From NCBI RefSeq assembly GCF_001194135.2, contig NC_068984.1:119608459-119672458 (forward strand): a stretch of DNA of 64,000 nucleotides. Direction: 5' to 3'. The notes beneath the pieces were generated by a model that worked only from the letters and a program-made list of their open reading frames with translations, did not search any database and had not been told where the DNA came from. Below are positions 15,330 to 29,543 of the stretch, in pieces. This DNA comes from Octopus bimaculoides. Lineage: Eukaryota. Numbering within the stretch: position 1 is the first letter of the stretch; each line of letters opens with the position of its first letter. The translations under genes were made by a program, and so were the position numbers.

Positions 15330-16490
15330 TCAAGCAGTGGGTTAGGGCTTGAAATATATTTGTAGTAATGTGCTGATTTTTCTTCATTCATTAATCTTAC
15401 GGGTATTAGTAATGCTCAGAGTTTAATGGACTCCTTTTGGACTGGAGATAAGGTAACTGTATGGGTTCTGAACAGTGAGACAAAGGCAATAGTGGGGAAA
15501 CAAGCTTGCTGAGTGGGTGTATATTGTATACTGTGAACAAGTTCAAAAGAATTGTAAATTATTACCAGAGCAGTAAAAATGGTAGGAGCTATCACAGCAT
15601 TATAATAGCTAAAAGGGTGTAGAATATTGCTAGATGAATCCTTTTTGTTTTGTGGTGGTGTTACAGGGGTGGAAGGAATTATTGATGATATGATAAGTAT
15701 CTTCTTTGATTATGTATTTTATCCATTTGGTTCTGTTGTTGGAGGTAATTTACATCATTTCTTAAGGGATGTGATGTTATTTTTCTAGTTCTAAATATTT
15801 GTGGTTATTGGTTCTGTCAGATAGACATTTTTATCATAATTTATTTCATTGCATCAATAAATGATGTTACTTATTGCCGTTGACGCTTGATAATAATTTT
15901 AATATTTTGAGTTGATGTTGTGGATTTAATCTGGATTCCTAGTTGGTACCATTTAACGTTATTGAAGGAGGAGTCTGATCATGTTGTCTTGTCCTTGATA
16001 AATTAGGTGAACATAGAAATATTTTCATTTATCAGCTTCAGCTCTTTTTACACTAATTCTATGAAGATAGTTATCTTTCTGGTAATCTTTCTTTTCTTCA
16101 GCAATTATTTAGCATATTCATTTCCTTGACTTATCTAAATCATTTCCTGACAACAAACTGTTCTGTATTCTTCACTACTTTTTCAATACTTCTATTCTCC
16201 AGTAATATTCTTTCTAAACTTCCATCGATAGAAACCATCTCCATATTCATACTGGAATGGAGATCAAGGACATTTGATAACAACAATACACAAATGTCGT
16301 ATATCTCAAAGGTAAAGATATTTCAGCTACAAATCTCTGTGGATAGCTGTCAGCTTAAAGTATCATCTATGCTATATGAAATGCTGAGATTACTTATCTC
16401 CTGTGATCTCTTTTGGGAACATCCTCAATTTAACCAGAGTTTTATTATGAAAACTGTTTATTCCTTGACTTCCAACAATGTTTTTCTGCT
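15330..16490 (-). mobile_element. Highly degenerate Penelope-like reverse transcriptase remnant
   Basis: Minus-strand fragments resembling LFHN..W.K and G.YRDDGL motifs of Penelope-like RTs, with many stops and frameshifts. Recognition is tentative. Confidence 0.35.
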
Positions 16491-18314
16491 CAAGTCTGGT
16501 TAAATGTTTTATTTAGCATGACTAAGCAACATCTTTTTTTCTTGAAGACAGAAAACATCCTGGGATTCTTTTCTTCATCCCGTATTCAATTGAATTTTTT
16601 TTTTATCTCACTATACTTGTGGTGTCATTTTAACATTGTTTTGTGTTATTTGCTTACTTTAGGAAAACACAGTCCCAAGAGCAATGAATTTCAACTGTGG
16701 TTATGGTGTATAGATATGTCTTAGAATAGTTTTTGTTTTCTTGTTTGTTTGTATGTGGAACTTAGCTCAGTCACTAAATATAAACTTAAATAACTAATTC
16801 TGTGAACTAAAAGAAGCAAAAAACAATTTCAATGAATATGAATGAGTTATTCAGTGGTTAAAATGTTAAGGAGTTCTTTTCTTGCTGATCAAGTGAATCG
16901 ATCAATGAATAAATAAGCAAATAACAGAAGGGTAAAAAAAAAAAAAAGGACTTCTTCCTGCACCTTTAAAACCCTAACTTGGAAAAATATTATTAAAATT
17001 ATGTATTATTTAGAAAGTTATGTAGAAACAAAGTCAGGACAGGAGTAACTGCCCAGTTTACCAAATACATGGAAACCGTTTTTTTTTTTATTATTTGTTT
17101 TCTACTTAATTTTGTCAAACTTAAATTGTTTGATTTATCGCTAGGTTTCAAATTTTAGTTTTTAGCGTTAGAAGGTAATGTTATTTGTTATGAAACAGTC
17201 ATTGAAAACCCAGAAACTGAAATACTGTTTATTATATATAACGATGTTGATCAACTGTTGTTGTCTAAGGAGTATATCACTGTGTGTGTCTGAGCATGCA
17301 AATTATGAAATATTCAAGATATTGTACCATAGAAATGTACAGATATTGTGTGCTATGGTACATATAACTATTCTAGTCTTTGACCATGTCTTGGGATTTT
17401 ACAACTTGGTTTTTCTCCTCCCACCTTCATGCATTATTGAGATGATTTTGGTTATGTCTGCAAATTGTGCTAAAGCTCTGTAGAAATAAAAGTTCATAGG
17501 TACTGCCCTTCTTTTTCTAAGTGGTTACCCCCCCCCCCCCAAAAAAAAAACCTATTCTTGGCTCTACTTTAATATTGATACTGTATCAGTTGACTGACTT
17601 AGAAATTTGTTGATAGTCATAGCAGATGAGAAGATAATAGGGAAACTGCTTTTTTTATAAAGTAATTGAGTGTTCTATCACCTGGGGTGAAATCCATTCT
17701 TGGTATTAATAAAGTATCTCTTCTGCTTCAGTGACAGTATCTGCAGTGTTGCAATAGATTGCTAAAGCTCCGACAATAAGTCTAGTGCCATTCATTTGGT
17801 CTTTCTTAGGACTGAGATTCTGCTTGGCCATTATAATTGAACTGACCATTAACTTTAGCTCATGAGGAGGTAATCCTGAGGGACTAAGTTTGTTAAAAAA
17901 TTCTGTGTTATTTACATTTTGCTCATCATGTTTGGCTTCAGTACTGTCTACACTCATATGTTATGTAATTTCACTTGGCGAGAAATTCAGAATCCTATTA
18001 TTTAGTTATAAAGTATTATTACCTTTTTTTTCTCTTTCTTAGTTAACATTTTCTTGTAAATGTAGCTTCTGTGATTATTACTGTCTGTCAGGGTTAGTGA
18101 ATTCTCATATATAATTGTCCCAATTTGACACCATTTCTTGCAGTATCTCATTGGTGCTTCTAGTTGAACCATCATTAATATCTATACTTCTGTCTCCTTT
18201 CTGCAGCAACTATCAGTTGAATATTACATCAGCATATGATTTCGTGTTGATGGAGAGTCTGAGATCCTTTACATATCTGTACAGAGATGACAATTTTATG
18301 CAATTCTCTATTAT

Positions 18315-18811
18315 CATCATCATCGTTTAACGTCCGCTTTCCATGCTAGCATGGGTTGGACGATTTGACTGAGGACTGGTGAAACCGGATGGCAACACCA
18401 GGCTCCAGTCTGATTTGGCAGAGTTTCTACAGCTGGATGCCCTTCCTAACGCCAACCACTCAGAGAGTGTAGTGGGTGCTTTTACGTGTCACCCGCACGA
18501 AAACGGCCACGCTCGAAATGGTGTCTTTTATGTGCCACCCGCACAAGAGCCAGTCCAGGGGCACTGGCAACGATCTCGCTCGAAAATCCTACAGGAGCCA
18601 GTCAGGCGGTACTGGCAACGGCCACGCTCAAAATGGTGCATCTCATGTGCCACCCGCACAAGAACCAGTCCAGGGGCACTGGCAACGATCTTACTTGGCT
18701 TGCCGGGTCTTCTCACGCACAGCCCATTTCCAAAGGTCTCGGTCCGTAGTCATCGCCTCGGTGAGGCCCAATGTACGAAGGTCTTGCCTCACCACCTCAG
18801 CCCAGGTCTTC
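18315..18811 (-). mobile_element. 5'-truncated RTE-clade LINE (ORF end, 3' UTR and (GAT)n tail) inside the Helitron
   Basis: Same sequence family as 43454-44870 and 59637-60562. ctattat occurs on both sides (18308-18314 and 18812-18818), a possible target-site duplication. Confidence 0.9.
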
Positions 18812-19624
18812 CTATTATGTCTGTATTTAGGTCTGTATTGTGAGCTGTTCTATCATTGCTTAGCAAATCAACTGCATTGCCAGTTGTTTTATAGGGCAGC
18901 ACATTCTTGCCATGAACATTGCAATATCCTATAAATGTGTTGAACAGGTATGTTTTACCTGAACCTCCTGAGACAATCAAGGAAATAGAAGTGATATCCT
19001 ACATCATTATCATCTACGCTTTCTATAATGCTGTCAAATACAGGATGTTGCAGTTCATTATGTGTTTTAATGTCAATATCAGCGCCATTCTCTACATGAA
19101 CAATTTTAATGATTTTATCATTAAAAATTGGTGCACATTCTGGTAATCCCAAGTCACGACAGCATAGAACATAACTAATGAGCAATTGCTGAGTATCATG
19201 CAGTGCACTGTTGCAAGCTTTGCCGTATATTTGCCTTCTACTGTGAAATACTGAATAAAATGCTGCTCAAACTGCTTGATAAGTGACAAAGTTCATTATG
19301 TTTATTTTGGGTATTCTATTTAATGGCAAGCAGTTCTTTCTCAGTTTGGGGAAGTATTCTAACTTTACTGCTTCTGATACATGCCACCTCTATTCATCAT
19401 CATCATTATAGAGCAAGTTTCTGCTTTCAGCTGTTGCTGCTTTATAAGTGTCGTGAATAACACTGTCATGAGTGCAAATGTCTGCAAAGGTTTTTTTTTT
19501 TTTAAATACAGCAAAACTAATTATCTGAAGTAGAATATCTGTTTCCATTGGATGTACTACATACATTCTAAGGATTATTTCATTTCCTCTACATATATAA
19601 CAGAGACAAAACAAAAGTACAAGC

Positions 19625-19825
19625 TGAGACTTATTGGTTATTGCTGATGTAAGGAGCAGCCAAATTTTTCAGTGGCTACCATCTCATGATAACTAGGGAA
19701 GAGGTAGGCCACAAAAAAAAACTACAATAATCAATTGCTAAGAGACACTGGATACACTATTCAAGAGTTTCAAAATGTCATAGAAGTCAGAGAGAAATGG
19801 AAGACGTGTGTCAGGAAACCTGAGA
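19625..19825 (+). mobile_element. RTE-X-like LINE C-terminal remnant inside the Helitron
   Basis: Reads ..GRGRP(frameshift)YNNQLLRDTGYTIQEFQNVIEVREKWKTCVR, like the RTE-X terminal GRP..Y..QL..DTG....L...M..R..W motif. Confidence 0.6.
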
Positions 19826-20920
19826 AATTCTCTGTCCTCTAACTAACTAGCATAATCTGTTTCCATGTTGTCAAAGACATAATGGTAAGGAATTTTATAG
19901 TACAGATATTTCCTAGCAATTTCATCAGTTTTAGTCTAAACCATGACATGATAGGAGTGTTCTTGCTTTGGGCATCTTGAAATGCCTCTCTTTTAGCCCT
20001 AGTAAACTGTCTGTTGAGGTTCAAGATGTATTGGGAGCCAAACTGCATAGGAAATGTTAAGCATTTTGCACTTGAGCAACTTTCATATGACTTCTGAAGG
20101 TCTGAAATGTGACGATTTATGTACTACCCAGTTTTGTCATGGATAAAAACTTAACATTCTTGTTATTTGTATCTACACACAGTCATATTNNNNNNNNNNN
20201 NNNNNNNNNNNNNNNNNNNNNNNNNNNNNNNNNNNNNNNNNNNNNNNNNNNNNNNNNNNNNNNNNNNNNNNNNNNNNNNNNNNNNNNNNNNNNNNNNNNN
20301 NNNNNNNNNNNNNNNNNNNNNNNNNNNNNNNNNNNNNNNNNNNNNNNNNNNNNNNNNNNNNNNNNNNNNNNNNNNNNNNNNNNNNNNNNNNNNNNNNNNN
20401 NNNNNNNNNNNNNNNNNNNNNNNNNNNNNNNNNNNNNNNNNNNNNNNNNNNNNNNNNNNNNNNNNNNNNNNNNNNNNNNNNNNNNNNNNNNNNNNNNNNN
20501 NNNNNNNNNNNNNNNNNNNNNNNNNNNNNNNNNNNNNNNNNNNNNNNNNNNNNNNNNNNNNNNNNNNNNNNNNNNNNNNNNNNNNNNNNNNNNNNNNNNN
20601 NNNNNNNNNNNNNNNNNNNNNNNNNNNNNNNNNNNNNNNNNNNNNNNNNNNNNNNNNNNNNNNNNNNNNNNNNNNNNNNNNNNNNNNNNNNNNNNNNNNN
20701 NNNNNNNNNNNNNNNNNNNNNNNNNNNNNNNNNNNNNNNNNNNNNNNNNNNNNNNNNNNNNNNNNNNNNNNNNNNNNNNNNNNNNNNNNNNNNNNNNNNN
20801 NNNNNNNNNNNNNNNNNNNNNNNNNNNNNNNNNNNNNNNNNNNNNNNNNNNNNNNNNNNNNNNNNNNNNNNNNNNNNNNNNNNNNNNNNNNNNNNNNNNN
20901 NNNNNNNNNNNNNNNNNNNN

Positions 20921-20966
<46 letters not shown>

Positions 20967-21164
20967 GAAATTTATAGAAAGACAAAGACAAAGATGTATG
21001 AACAACACAGAAGATTGTAAGGCACCTGACTTGGCTTCACCAGGCATCCAGTATGAGGGATACTGACCAGTATTCACAACCACCTCTGTGTATGTCATAC
21101 TTATGCATACCTCTGACACCTCTGTGTATGTCAGACCAGTGGCCACTACTGCCACACCAGTATT

Positions 21165-21720
21165 TTTGCTGAACATCAGGGGCCCTCGTAACATCCCAAC
21201 AACATAAAACACAATACCTGAGTGACATGTAATCAAGCAATATGCATGTCACTAACAGAAACACATCTGAACATGGACATATGAGATGCTGAGATACACA
21301 TACCAGGGTATGTTGTGTTTCAAACTGACAAGAGAGAAAGGACTCACAGTGGAGTGGCAATGTACATCCGGGAAGATGTCAGCCTGTGGTCCTGCTGTCA
21401 CACTTAAACTCAGTCTGTGACACTCTGGTGGTACACATTAAACAGATGAAAATAGTATTATGTACTATGTGTTGCCCACCAGATGCTCTAAAATCATGGG
21501 GATTCATTTGAAGAGAGCCTCCAAGAAAGGAAAGAAGTATTAACCAACCTGGATAACAGCCTGCACATACATCTTTCAGGGGATTTTGACCTCCCTTATA
21601 TCAAATGGCCTGAGGCCCACCTCTTCTCAGGTATGTCACTGCATGGCCTGAGGTATGCAGAATCTTGACCTCACTAAGATGCTCTTTGTGGAGCAAATAG
21701 TGCATATTAAAAGGGGTCCA
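21165..21720 (+). mobile_element. LINE apurinic-like endonuclease remnant (CR1/L2/Jockey-type)
   Basis: LLNIRG...SLTETHL...DAEIHIPGYVVFQTDKRERTHSGVAMYIREDV matches APE motifs (N..GL, TETWL, IPGY...R.D....GGV..YI), with frameshifts. Confidence 0.75.
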
Positions 21721-22487
21721 TGTGAAAAGGTTAGGAATCACTGTCATAGAGGACTGGCTCTGTCACTGGGTTTGGAAGCCCTGCATATAGAATTTTATCA
21801 ATTTCAGTAGGATTGTAAAAAGTTTCATCTCACAATATGATGAGAATGTGAACATGGGGGAGCCCTTGTTTTTGAAATTCAATAGTAATGCTCTTTCATG
21901 TGAAGTGATTCCTGAAATGAATATTGTAATATCATCATGCATTCAACTTGTACATCTCTATTTGTCTAGTGATTTGCAAGTTCTCCGTAGCTTTTTGATC
22001 TCAGAACTCCTCTGGTGATATCTGACATAGTTTAAGTTATTTGATTTTCATCTGCAGATGGATGTCAGCTGTTGAAATAATTTTTCGTCATGCCATAATA
22101 GGATTAAAATTCATTTTTACTACAGTCTATAATGTTTTGTGTTGCAACAATGTAATCTTATTTCAAACCGTTATCTCCTATTCCTTCAACAACTGGTAAA
22201 TCAGATTGCCAGCCTGGATCACTATATGGATAAAACAATGTAATATGACTTGTTAAAAATATGTTGTACATCTGGATTTTTTTTGGGGGATAAATGCAGA
22301 AATCCCTACCAAATAAAAGCATTCCATCTGAATACCTGCATACACTTCATCCACTATTGGTGAATTATAACATCTATCAACAGAGCATTCTCTTAGAAAT
22401 TTCATGGTCATTGTTGGGCTTGTCTATTTTCCTGATGTCTGTGCTCCACCATTTCTCTTCTACTTTCTTCAGATGGTTTCAAACTTC

Positions 22488-22572
<85 letters not shown>

Positions 22573-23329
22573 ACTCTCTCCCCCCTCTCTCTTGTACATA
22601 TGTGTGTACATGCATATATCACTTCTCCTGCTGGGATTCTTTAATATCTCTCAGGTGTTTAAAAATAAATTTCAAAAGTTACAAACAAGACATATATATT
22701 AGGTCACATAATTTGTGACTTGTAACACAAGAATGGAAATTTCCAAGTAGCAGGCCAACTAGGTCAGCATATTGTTATGTATGGGTGTATATGTTCATTT
22801 TACGTTTTTTTTAATGTTGGCATGGGTTAGATGAGTATGTTACTGAATTTGATGTAAGTGCCAACAACACTGCTTGAATGTTGTAACTTTTGAATAAGCA
22901 GTGGAGTTCTAAATAAACACATGCACACACACATGGCTGTATGGTTAAGAAGTTTGCTTCCCAATCACACAGTTTTATCTGTTCAATCCCACTACATGAC
23001 ACTTTTGGTAAGTGCCTTCTGTTAATAATCCCAGGCTTACCAAAAGTCTTGTGAGTGGATTTGGTTGATGAAAACTGAAAGAAGCCTTTTGTATGTGTAT
23101 AAATAAATGTGTGTATTTATGCTTCCTTCTCTTCACATCACATGATGGTTGTAAATAAATAAGTGTCACTGTCATACAAGTGATGTACATTTTCAGTCTT
23201 CCATGAAAAAAACATAGGGTAATATTATCTTGTTTTGGCAAAAGGTGATAGGAAGGGCATCTGACTGGTGAAAATCTGCATCAAAAAACCCCATCTGACC
23301 TAAGTGCACCTAGAAAAGCAGATGTTAGG

Positions 23330-23387
<58 letters not shown>

Positions 23388-24315
23388 AAGGTGGCTATTC
23401 ACAATTTAGAACCGATAGGCAACAAATACAGTTGTCCCTAAAAGTGATGGTGGGTGCTAGTAAACACTAGCATTGCTAGAAATAAGTCAAAATAACTCTT
23501 AACCATGTGAGAGCATTTTTCTAACAGCTAAGAAGGGAGACAGGCCCCCTCCCTACGACAAGAGAGATGGAGTTATATCAGTGCTGATTTCAGATTTAAT
23601 CAATCTTCATCAGATTTGGTATATATGTTAGGTGCAGGAGTGGCTGTGTAGTAAGAAGTTTGCTTTCCAACCGTGTGTGTGTGTGTGTGTGCGTGTGTGT
23701 ATTTGTGTCTGTGGCTCCCCATTATTGCTTGACAGCCAGTGTTGGTGTGTTTATGACCCTGTAACCTAGTAGTTCAGCAAAAGATACTGATAGAATAAGT
23801 ACCAGGCTTGAAAAGTGCTGGGGTTGATTCATTCAACTAAAATTTCTTCAAGATGGTGCCCCAACATGGCCACAGTCTAATGACTGGAAAAAGTAAAAGA
23901 TAGAAGACACACACATATAATGTCTGTGTAAGTATGTATGTATATTAAAGTAGATTGATAAATATATGTCTAAATGCACATGCACAATTAAAGATATTGA
24001 GAAGAATTAATCAAAATAATCAATACAAAAATTAAGAAATATCAAGTAAAGTATAATCTAGTATGCAAATTTATTCTCTGAATTGTCACTGGTGTGTTTA
24101 GTGTATCCAACAGATACTTTTTAGTGTTTTTAATAGAAAATAACACATAAAATTTATTTTCCTTTTGAAATCAGCTTATCTTGCGAAACAGATTTGTATC
24201 TTATAAGGATTCTTGAATAAATCTGCATTCTGGATCCTTGTCTGTCTGTCTGTCTGTCTCTGTGTCCACATTTAATATGCATCCACATATCTATCCTCAG
24301 TTAGTTACTCAAATG

Positions 24316-24600
24316 TAGGAGTCAGGGAACTTTTTTAGCCAGTTACTCCAAAATATATTTTATTTATGCCAACATTATTCCCTTGATTTGAAAGGAAGAA
24401 AATTATAGATTTTTTTTAAATTCAAAAGGTTTATTGAATCTATTTATATGAATCTATTTGCATTGGACAGATGCAGTGTTGCCAGAAGAAAAATTTCTGT
24501 CATAACAACGAATATGGTTTTTTATATAATTTTACTCATGTCTAATGAGTCCTCATTGTCCCATAAGAATTCCATTTTTACCCCAGTTTGCTGACCCCTG
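24316..24600. mobile_element. Possible non-autonomous hAT element
   Basis: The right end gtttgctgacccctg is a typical hAT CAGGGGTC.GCAAAC terminus; the left end matches 11 of 15 positions. No convincing 8-bp TSD. Confidence 0.35.
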
Positions 24601-24689
24601 ATTTAATGAGATCATGTCAGAGTAGCTGTATCTGTATGATTATATGTGTGTGTAAGATGTATGAGATGATAAGGGGATTGTTAAAGAAA

Positions 24690-24965
24690 GCGAATTTGGT
24701 TATTCATGGCATGGAGAGTGAAAGTTGAGAGAGGGAAGATTAATTATTCTTCACACAGGAGAAAAGATTCCAGGAGGCTATTGTGCAGGGCTAAGTTGAA
24801 CTTGGAGAGATGTTGGGTTGAGCGATTAGCAGAGTAGAAGTGGCATGAGACAGAAGTTTCACTGCCAAGCCAGATGTCGGTAAGGTATTCAATGAAGTGG
24901 GCTTCTGTGACTGTATAGATTGAACATCCTGTTGCCCAAAGATGAGATCAGTAGAGGTTCAGGTA
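24690..24965 (-). mobile_element. Penelope-like GIY-YIG endonuclease remnant
   Basis: Minus strand CSIYTVTE..FIEYLTDIWLGSETSVSCHFYSANRSTQHL...EE*LIFPLSTFTLHAMN resembles the PLE pattern C..LYIGET..R..EH...I......VA.HF...HS..D...E..LIF.L.T..P.G.N. Confidence 0.6.
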
Positions 24966-25849
24966 AAGGTGTCAGTCATGTGAAAGGAATAGTGGTGGGG
25001 TTTGGTGGGGATGGTTGCATTGGAGAGGAGCAGTCCAGTTTGGCTGTAGAAGTAGGAAAAGATAATTGGTCAAGTAGGTCACAAGGGTTATGGGCACAAT
25101 TAAAAGAGGGAACATAGGTTGTTGATAATGTGGGTAATGGCAGGGTTTGGATTGGAGGATTTGGGATGTTCAGGGGTGGTAGGTGATAGAGAGTAGAAGG
25201 TGGTTGTGGGCAAAATGAATGGGGTGGGGGCAGTGCAGGTTCACCATGGGATTGGAAGTTCTTCTGATTTCATAATGGCGTTCCATAATGATATGTATCC
25301 ATCACTAGATAATAAACTGTGACTGAGTATGAATTACTTGTTTTATTTGTATGACTTATATGCTAAAATTAATGATGTGCAGAAATGATTACACCGTCGT
25401 CATTATTTTGGCATCCACTTTTTCAAACTTGCACAAGCGAGATGGAGTTTATCAAGGCAGATTTTCTATGCCTGGATGCCCTTCCTATCACCACCACTCA
25501 CCTGTTCCCAAGGAAGATTAATTTTCCCATGGCCAAGGACGTTTTTTTGAAAAATAACAGAAATGAATGACATTGCTTGTATAACAGCAACACTCATTTG
25601 CAACTACCATGTAATGTCAAGACAAGAAGACAAAAATATTCTGCCTGCCTGCCTGTCTGTCTGTCTGTCTCTCTCTCTCTAATTTGGAAGATGGAAACTA
25701 AATCCACTCACAAGACTTTGGCTGGCTTGTGGTTATAGTGGAAAACACCAAGGTACATGCAGTGGGACTGAACCTGAAACCATATGAGAAAACAAACTTC
25801 ATAATTACACGGCCACATCTGCACCTATGCAAGGATGAGATGTTAGTAT

Positions 25850-26460
25850 AACTCAAGTGAAGTTTTATCCTTGGATTTGATGTGAAGATTAGCTATATAG
25901 ATTTTCTTTAGATCATGGAAATATTCAATATTTCTTGAAATTATAAGAATCCAATGAAAATATTTTAGGTTGCAACCTACTCATCTATAAAATGTCTTTG
26001 GACTTTTAAATGAAAAGTTTGAAGTGTGTTTTGAAGATCTTGAGAATACGCAGTTCTTGGAGTGTTTGTACATTCTATGTTGCAACAGAACATTCTGATC
26101 ATAAGACTAACTTATTAAGAGGAATTGAATGAAATGAATGTGAATCTTGAAGCAAAGAAGCATTGTTCAAATATTAAAAAAAAGTGATTTCTGCTGTATT
26201 GATGAAAACGCTGCAACCAAATATCGAAGTTTTAGGGCAGCTATTGACATGTTTTTACTTTCATTTCCAACTTCCTAAATACTCAAAACTTGACACAGCC
26301 ATATGAATTGTTAACAAAGAAATAGGCTTAACATCAATGAATGAAATAACCTAAGACTATAATCCCCAAATTTCCATTCAAATATTCACGCTATTGTTAG
26401 CGGTTATCAAGTCCGTCTATCTCAGGAATGCAATCTTCAATTAAACATATTCTTTCTTTA
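25850..26460 (+). mobile_element. hAT (Buster/Charlie-like) transposase C-terminal remnant
   Basis: Decayed dimerisation-domain-like text (A...FLLSFPTS*IL....KK*NRL....LRL..P.F) around 26210-26400. Confidence 0.5.
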
Positions 26461-26976
26461 TTTCTTTTTATGTTTGCTGAACTAGCAATGTAATCCTTTT
26501 CATCTTATTTTTTCTTGCAATCATTCTTGGTATTTATTTTCTTATTTTTGGATAAACTATGCCTGTAATAATTTTTTTCTTTCTAATAAATTCTAAACGA
26601 GCCAATTTTACCTGCCAGTTAACTCTCCTATGATATCTAGTTTCTGTTCAGCTCTCATTAAACTAGAAATATGGAAAAAAGTATTTTATTTTAAAAAATA
26701 GAGGAGTGCTTAGTGGAAGATAGCTGGTAAGCATGGAGTTAAGTAGAATATATATATTCTTTTTTTGTTGTTATGGTTATGTCAAGCCTTTAAGAATTTT
26801 TAGCAACCATAAAGTACAGTACTATCTACCAACTTTGCATTTATGTCATTGTCATCATTACTTTTTTCTGACCACACTTCAATTTTGAACTATGGATGAT
26901 GTCAACATTTGTAATGTTCCGGATAAAAATAGTTTAATGACTTTAAAAATTATGCTTAATTTGTATAGTTTAAAAT

Positions 26977-27361
26977 GTTGTTGTTGGCACTCCGTCGCTT
27001 ACGACATTGAGGGTTCCAGTTGATCCGATCAACGGAACAGCCTGCTCGTGAAATTAACATGCAAGTGGCTGAGCACTCCACAGACACGTGTACCCTTAAC
27101 GTAGTTCTTGGGGATATTCAGCGTGACACAGTGTGACAAGGCTGGCCCTTTGAAATACAGGTACAACAGAAACAGGAAGTAAGAGTGAGAGAAAGTTGTG
27201 GTGAAAGAGTATAGCAGGGTTCGCCACCATCCCCTGCCGGAGCCTCGTGGAGCTTTAGGTGTTTTCGCTCAATAAACACTCAGAACGCTCGGTCTAGGAA
27301 TCGAAACCGCGATCCTATGACCGCGAGTCCGCTGCCCTAACCACTGGGTCATTGCGCCTCC
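26977..27361 (-). mobile_element. Full-length tRNA-derived SINE with 12-bp TSD
   Basis: Head ggaggcgcaatgacccagtggttaggg...ggtttcgattcc (pol III A/B boxes), (CAA)n tail, TSD atagtttaaaat at 26965-26976 and 27364-27375. Near-identical to the copy at 61342-61724. Confidence 0.92.
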
Positions 27362-28583
27362 ACATAGTTTAAAATAGATTATCATAAATAAGAAATGGGT
27401 TTCATGAATCTACACATTACCAACCATTGTTTGAATTTATTCCGCTAAACTTTGAGATTTCCATATTATTTTACTGAATGTGTGATTGGAGAATTGAGGG
27501 AAGCTCTGTAAGTCTGTGACGAGGTTGATGGAGTGAAAAGTTTAGGAATCATGGGTTTAACTTTTTAATGTGCCATTCATTAAACATGTCCACATTAACT
27601 CACCCTTCAACCATGAGAGAGCAAGCTATGATCAAAAGTATTCCAACCATCCTGTTATTTTTAAAGGGGTATCTAGGTCTCCATTAACCAATGTATTCTT
27701 CAGATAGTGGGATTTGATTTAAAGGATTTTTCTAGCAGGTTGAATAACCAATATGAAATCTTGTATATTTTATTTAATGATTCTTTCTTCACTTCTTCAG
27801 CATGTATAGGGAACGCTATGTTTTACCCATGAGGTCAAAACTAGATTAAGACTTGTGTTGACTTGTTATGTAGCAGGAAGTGAAAACAATATTACACATG
27901 GTTCCCTTTAGTTAGGGAGATAATCATCCCCTCACAGCATGAAGTGGGATTAGAAATTTGAATTTCAAGTTAAGGAATTTATGAGGTAAATTATGCATAG
28001 AATTCACATATTTAATGTTTTCCTCTCTCGCTCTCTTTCTTGTTTACTTATGAAGTTCTTACTGTTTCTAGTTGGTAGTAATCATGTACAGCACTATTTC
28101 CTTCTTTTTAGAAATCATCAGCATGACATAATCTGTGACTGATTTATTAGACATTTTATGAAGTGAGACATTACACTAAAGATGAAATTCATGGAATGTG
28201 TTTTTATTTTACTTCACAGAATGTTAATAGTTAAAGAATTAAGAGAAAAGAGAGCACCTTCTTATTGTTTACATAAAGAATAAAAGCTGTTTCCAGGAGA
28301 ATTCTAGTTTGAGAAAATATCTTGTAGTAACCAATAATTTTAACATAAGCTACAAACAATTCCATAAGCCTTTTTTCTATAAATTCTTTGAGGTGCAGAC
28401 AGTTGTTTCCAGCTGCTATTTCTCACTGGTAATCCTCAGTATATATAGTTGAATGGACTATTAATAAACACACTATATTAGTAACTTCATATATATTTCT
28501 AGTTTATAACATTAAATTAACAACTATAATGAAGTAAGGAAGCAGCTGTTGTCACTGTACATCAAGTTGAACTCATGAAGTAG

Positions 28584-28623
<40 letters not shown>

Positions 28624-28657
28624 NNNNNNNNNNNNNNNNNNNNNNNNNNNNNNNNNN

Positions 28658-28692
<35 letters not shown>

Positions 28693-29493
28693 TCGCTCTC
28701 TCTCTCAATCATTAGTCCAATAGTTTATAAAACCTTTTATTTTTTAAATGCTATGATAATGCATTGATGATGATGATGGCGACTGAATGAATGAATTAAT
28801 TAATTTATTAATTAATTATTACTTACAAACTTGCTGTAATCAGTTAATACTTTTGGAAGAACTTTATTTCAATATTAAAAATTGTTGCAGAAATGAAACA
28901 TCTCCAGGTTTTCACATAATGGAAGGTGAATTAACCAGTTATTAAATTTTGACATTTCTGAAACTATTTTATATTATATGTGTAATTTTAAGAAGTCTGC
29001 TTAGCATCTGCATAGTTTCGAGTTCGATCCCACAGCAGAACAGTTGAATAAGTTCTATTATAGTTCAGACTAACCAATATCTTGTGAGTGAAATTGTTAG
29101 ATGCAAACTGTTTGCTTTGTGTGTGTGTGTGTGTGTGGCATGCACATGCGCTTGCATGTGTATGCACTCATATGTGTCTGTCTGAGTGTCTTTGCTTAAC
29201 ACTGCTATGACAATGATGTTATATCTTCCATAAAAAGCATCACAGTTTCATATGTGAAAATTTGGAATAAAGTACATTAATTGCAAAGCAAGAGTTGGAA
29301 AGAGGAAGGGTATCTGGTCACAGAATACTGTCTCAAAAAAATTGTCCACCTTATACCAACATGAAAAAGCGAGCATAAAATGCTTATATATGTATGTTTA
29401 TGTGTGTGCAGGCATGGCTCTATGGTTAAGAAGTTTGCTTCAATTTCACCATGTGGCACTTTGGACAGTTGGTGTTTACTATAGTGTGTGTGT

Positions 29494-29543
<50 letters not shown>

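Larger units (their letters stand above)
17480..22480 (-). mobile_element. Helitron (Rep/helicase) fossil with nested insertions
   Basis: Motifs in correct order on the minus strand: RCYNSPIVDEV (~22350), Rep motif ITIEFQKQGLPHVHIL (~21843-21890), RMYVVHP...LLYNDDDE (~19390-19590), Walker A GGSGKTYL..DRTAH (~18830-18975), IENCIK (~18300), SPSGLPPHELKL...NGTRLIV (~17780-17900), LIPRMDFTP...KQFP..AMTINK (~17590-17720). Confidence 0.9.
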
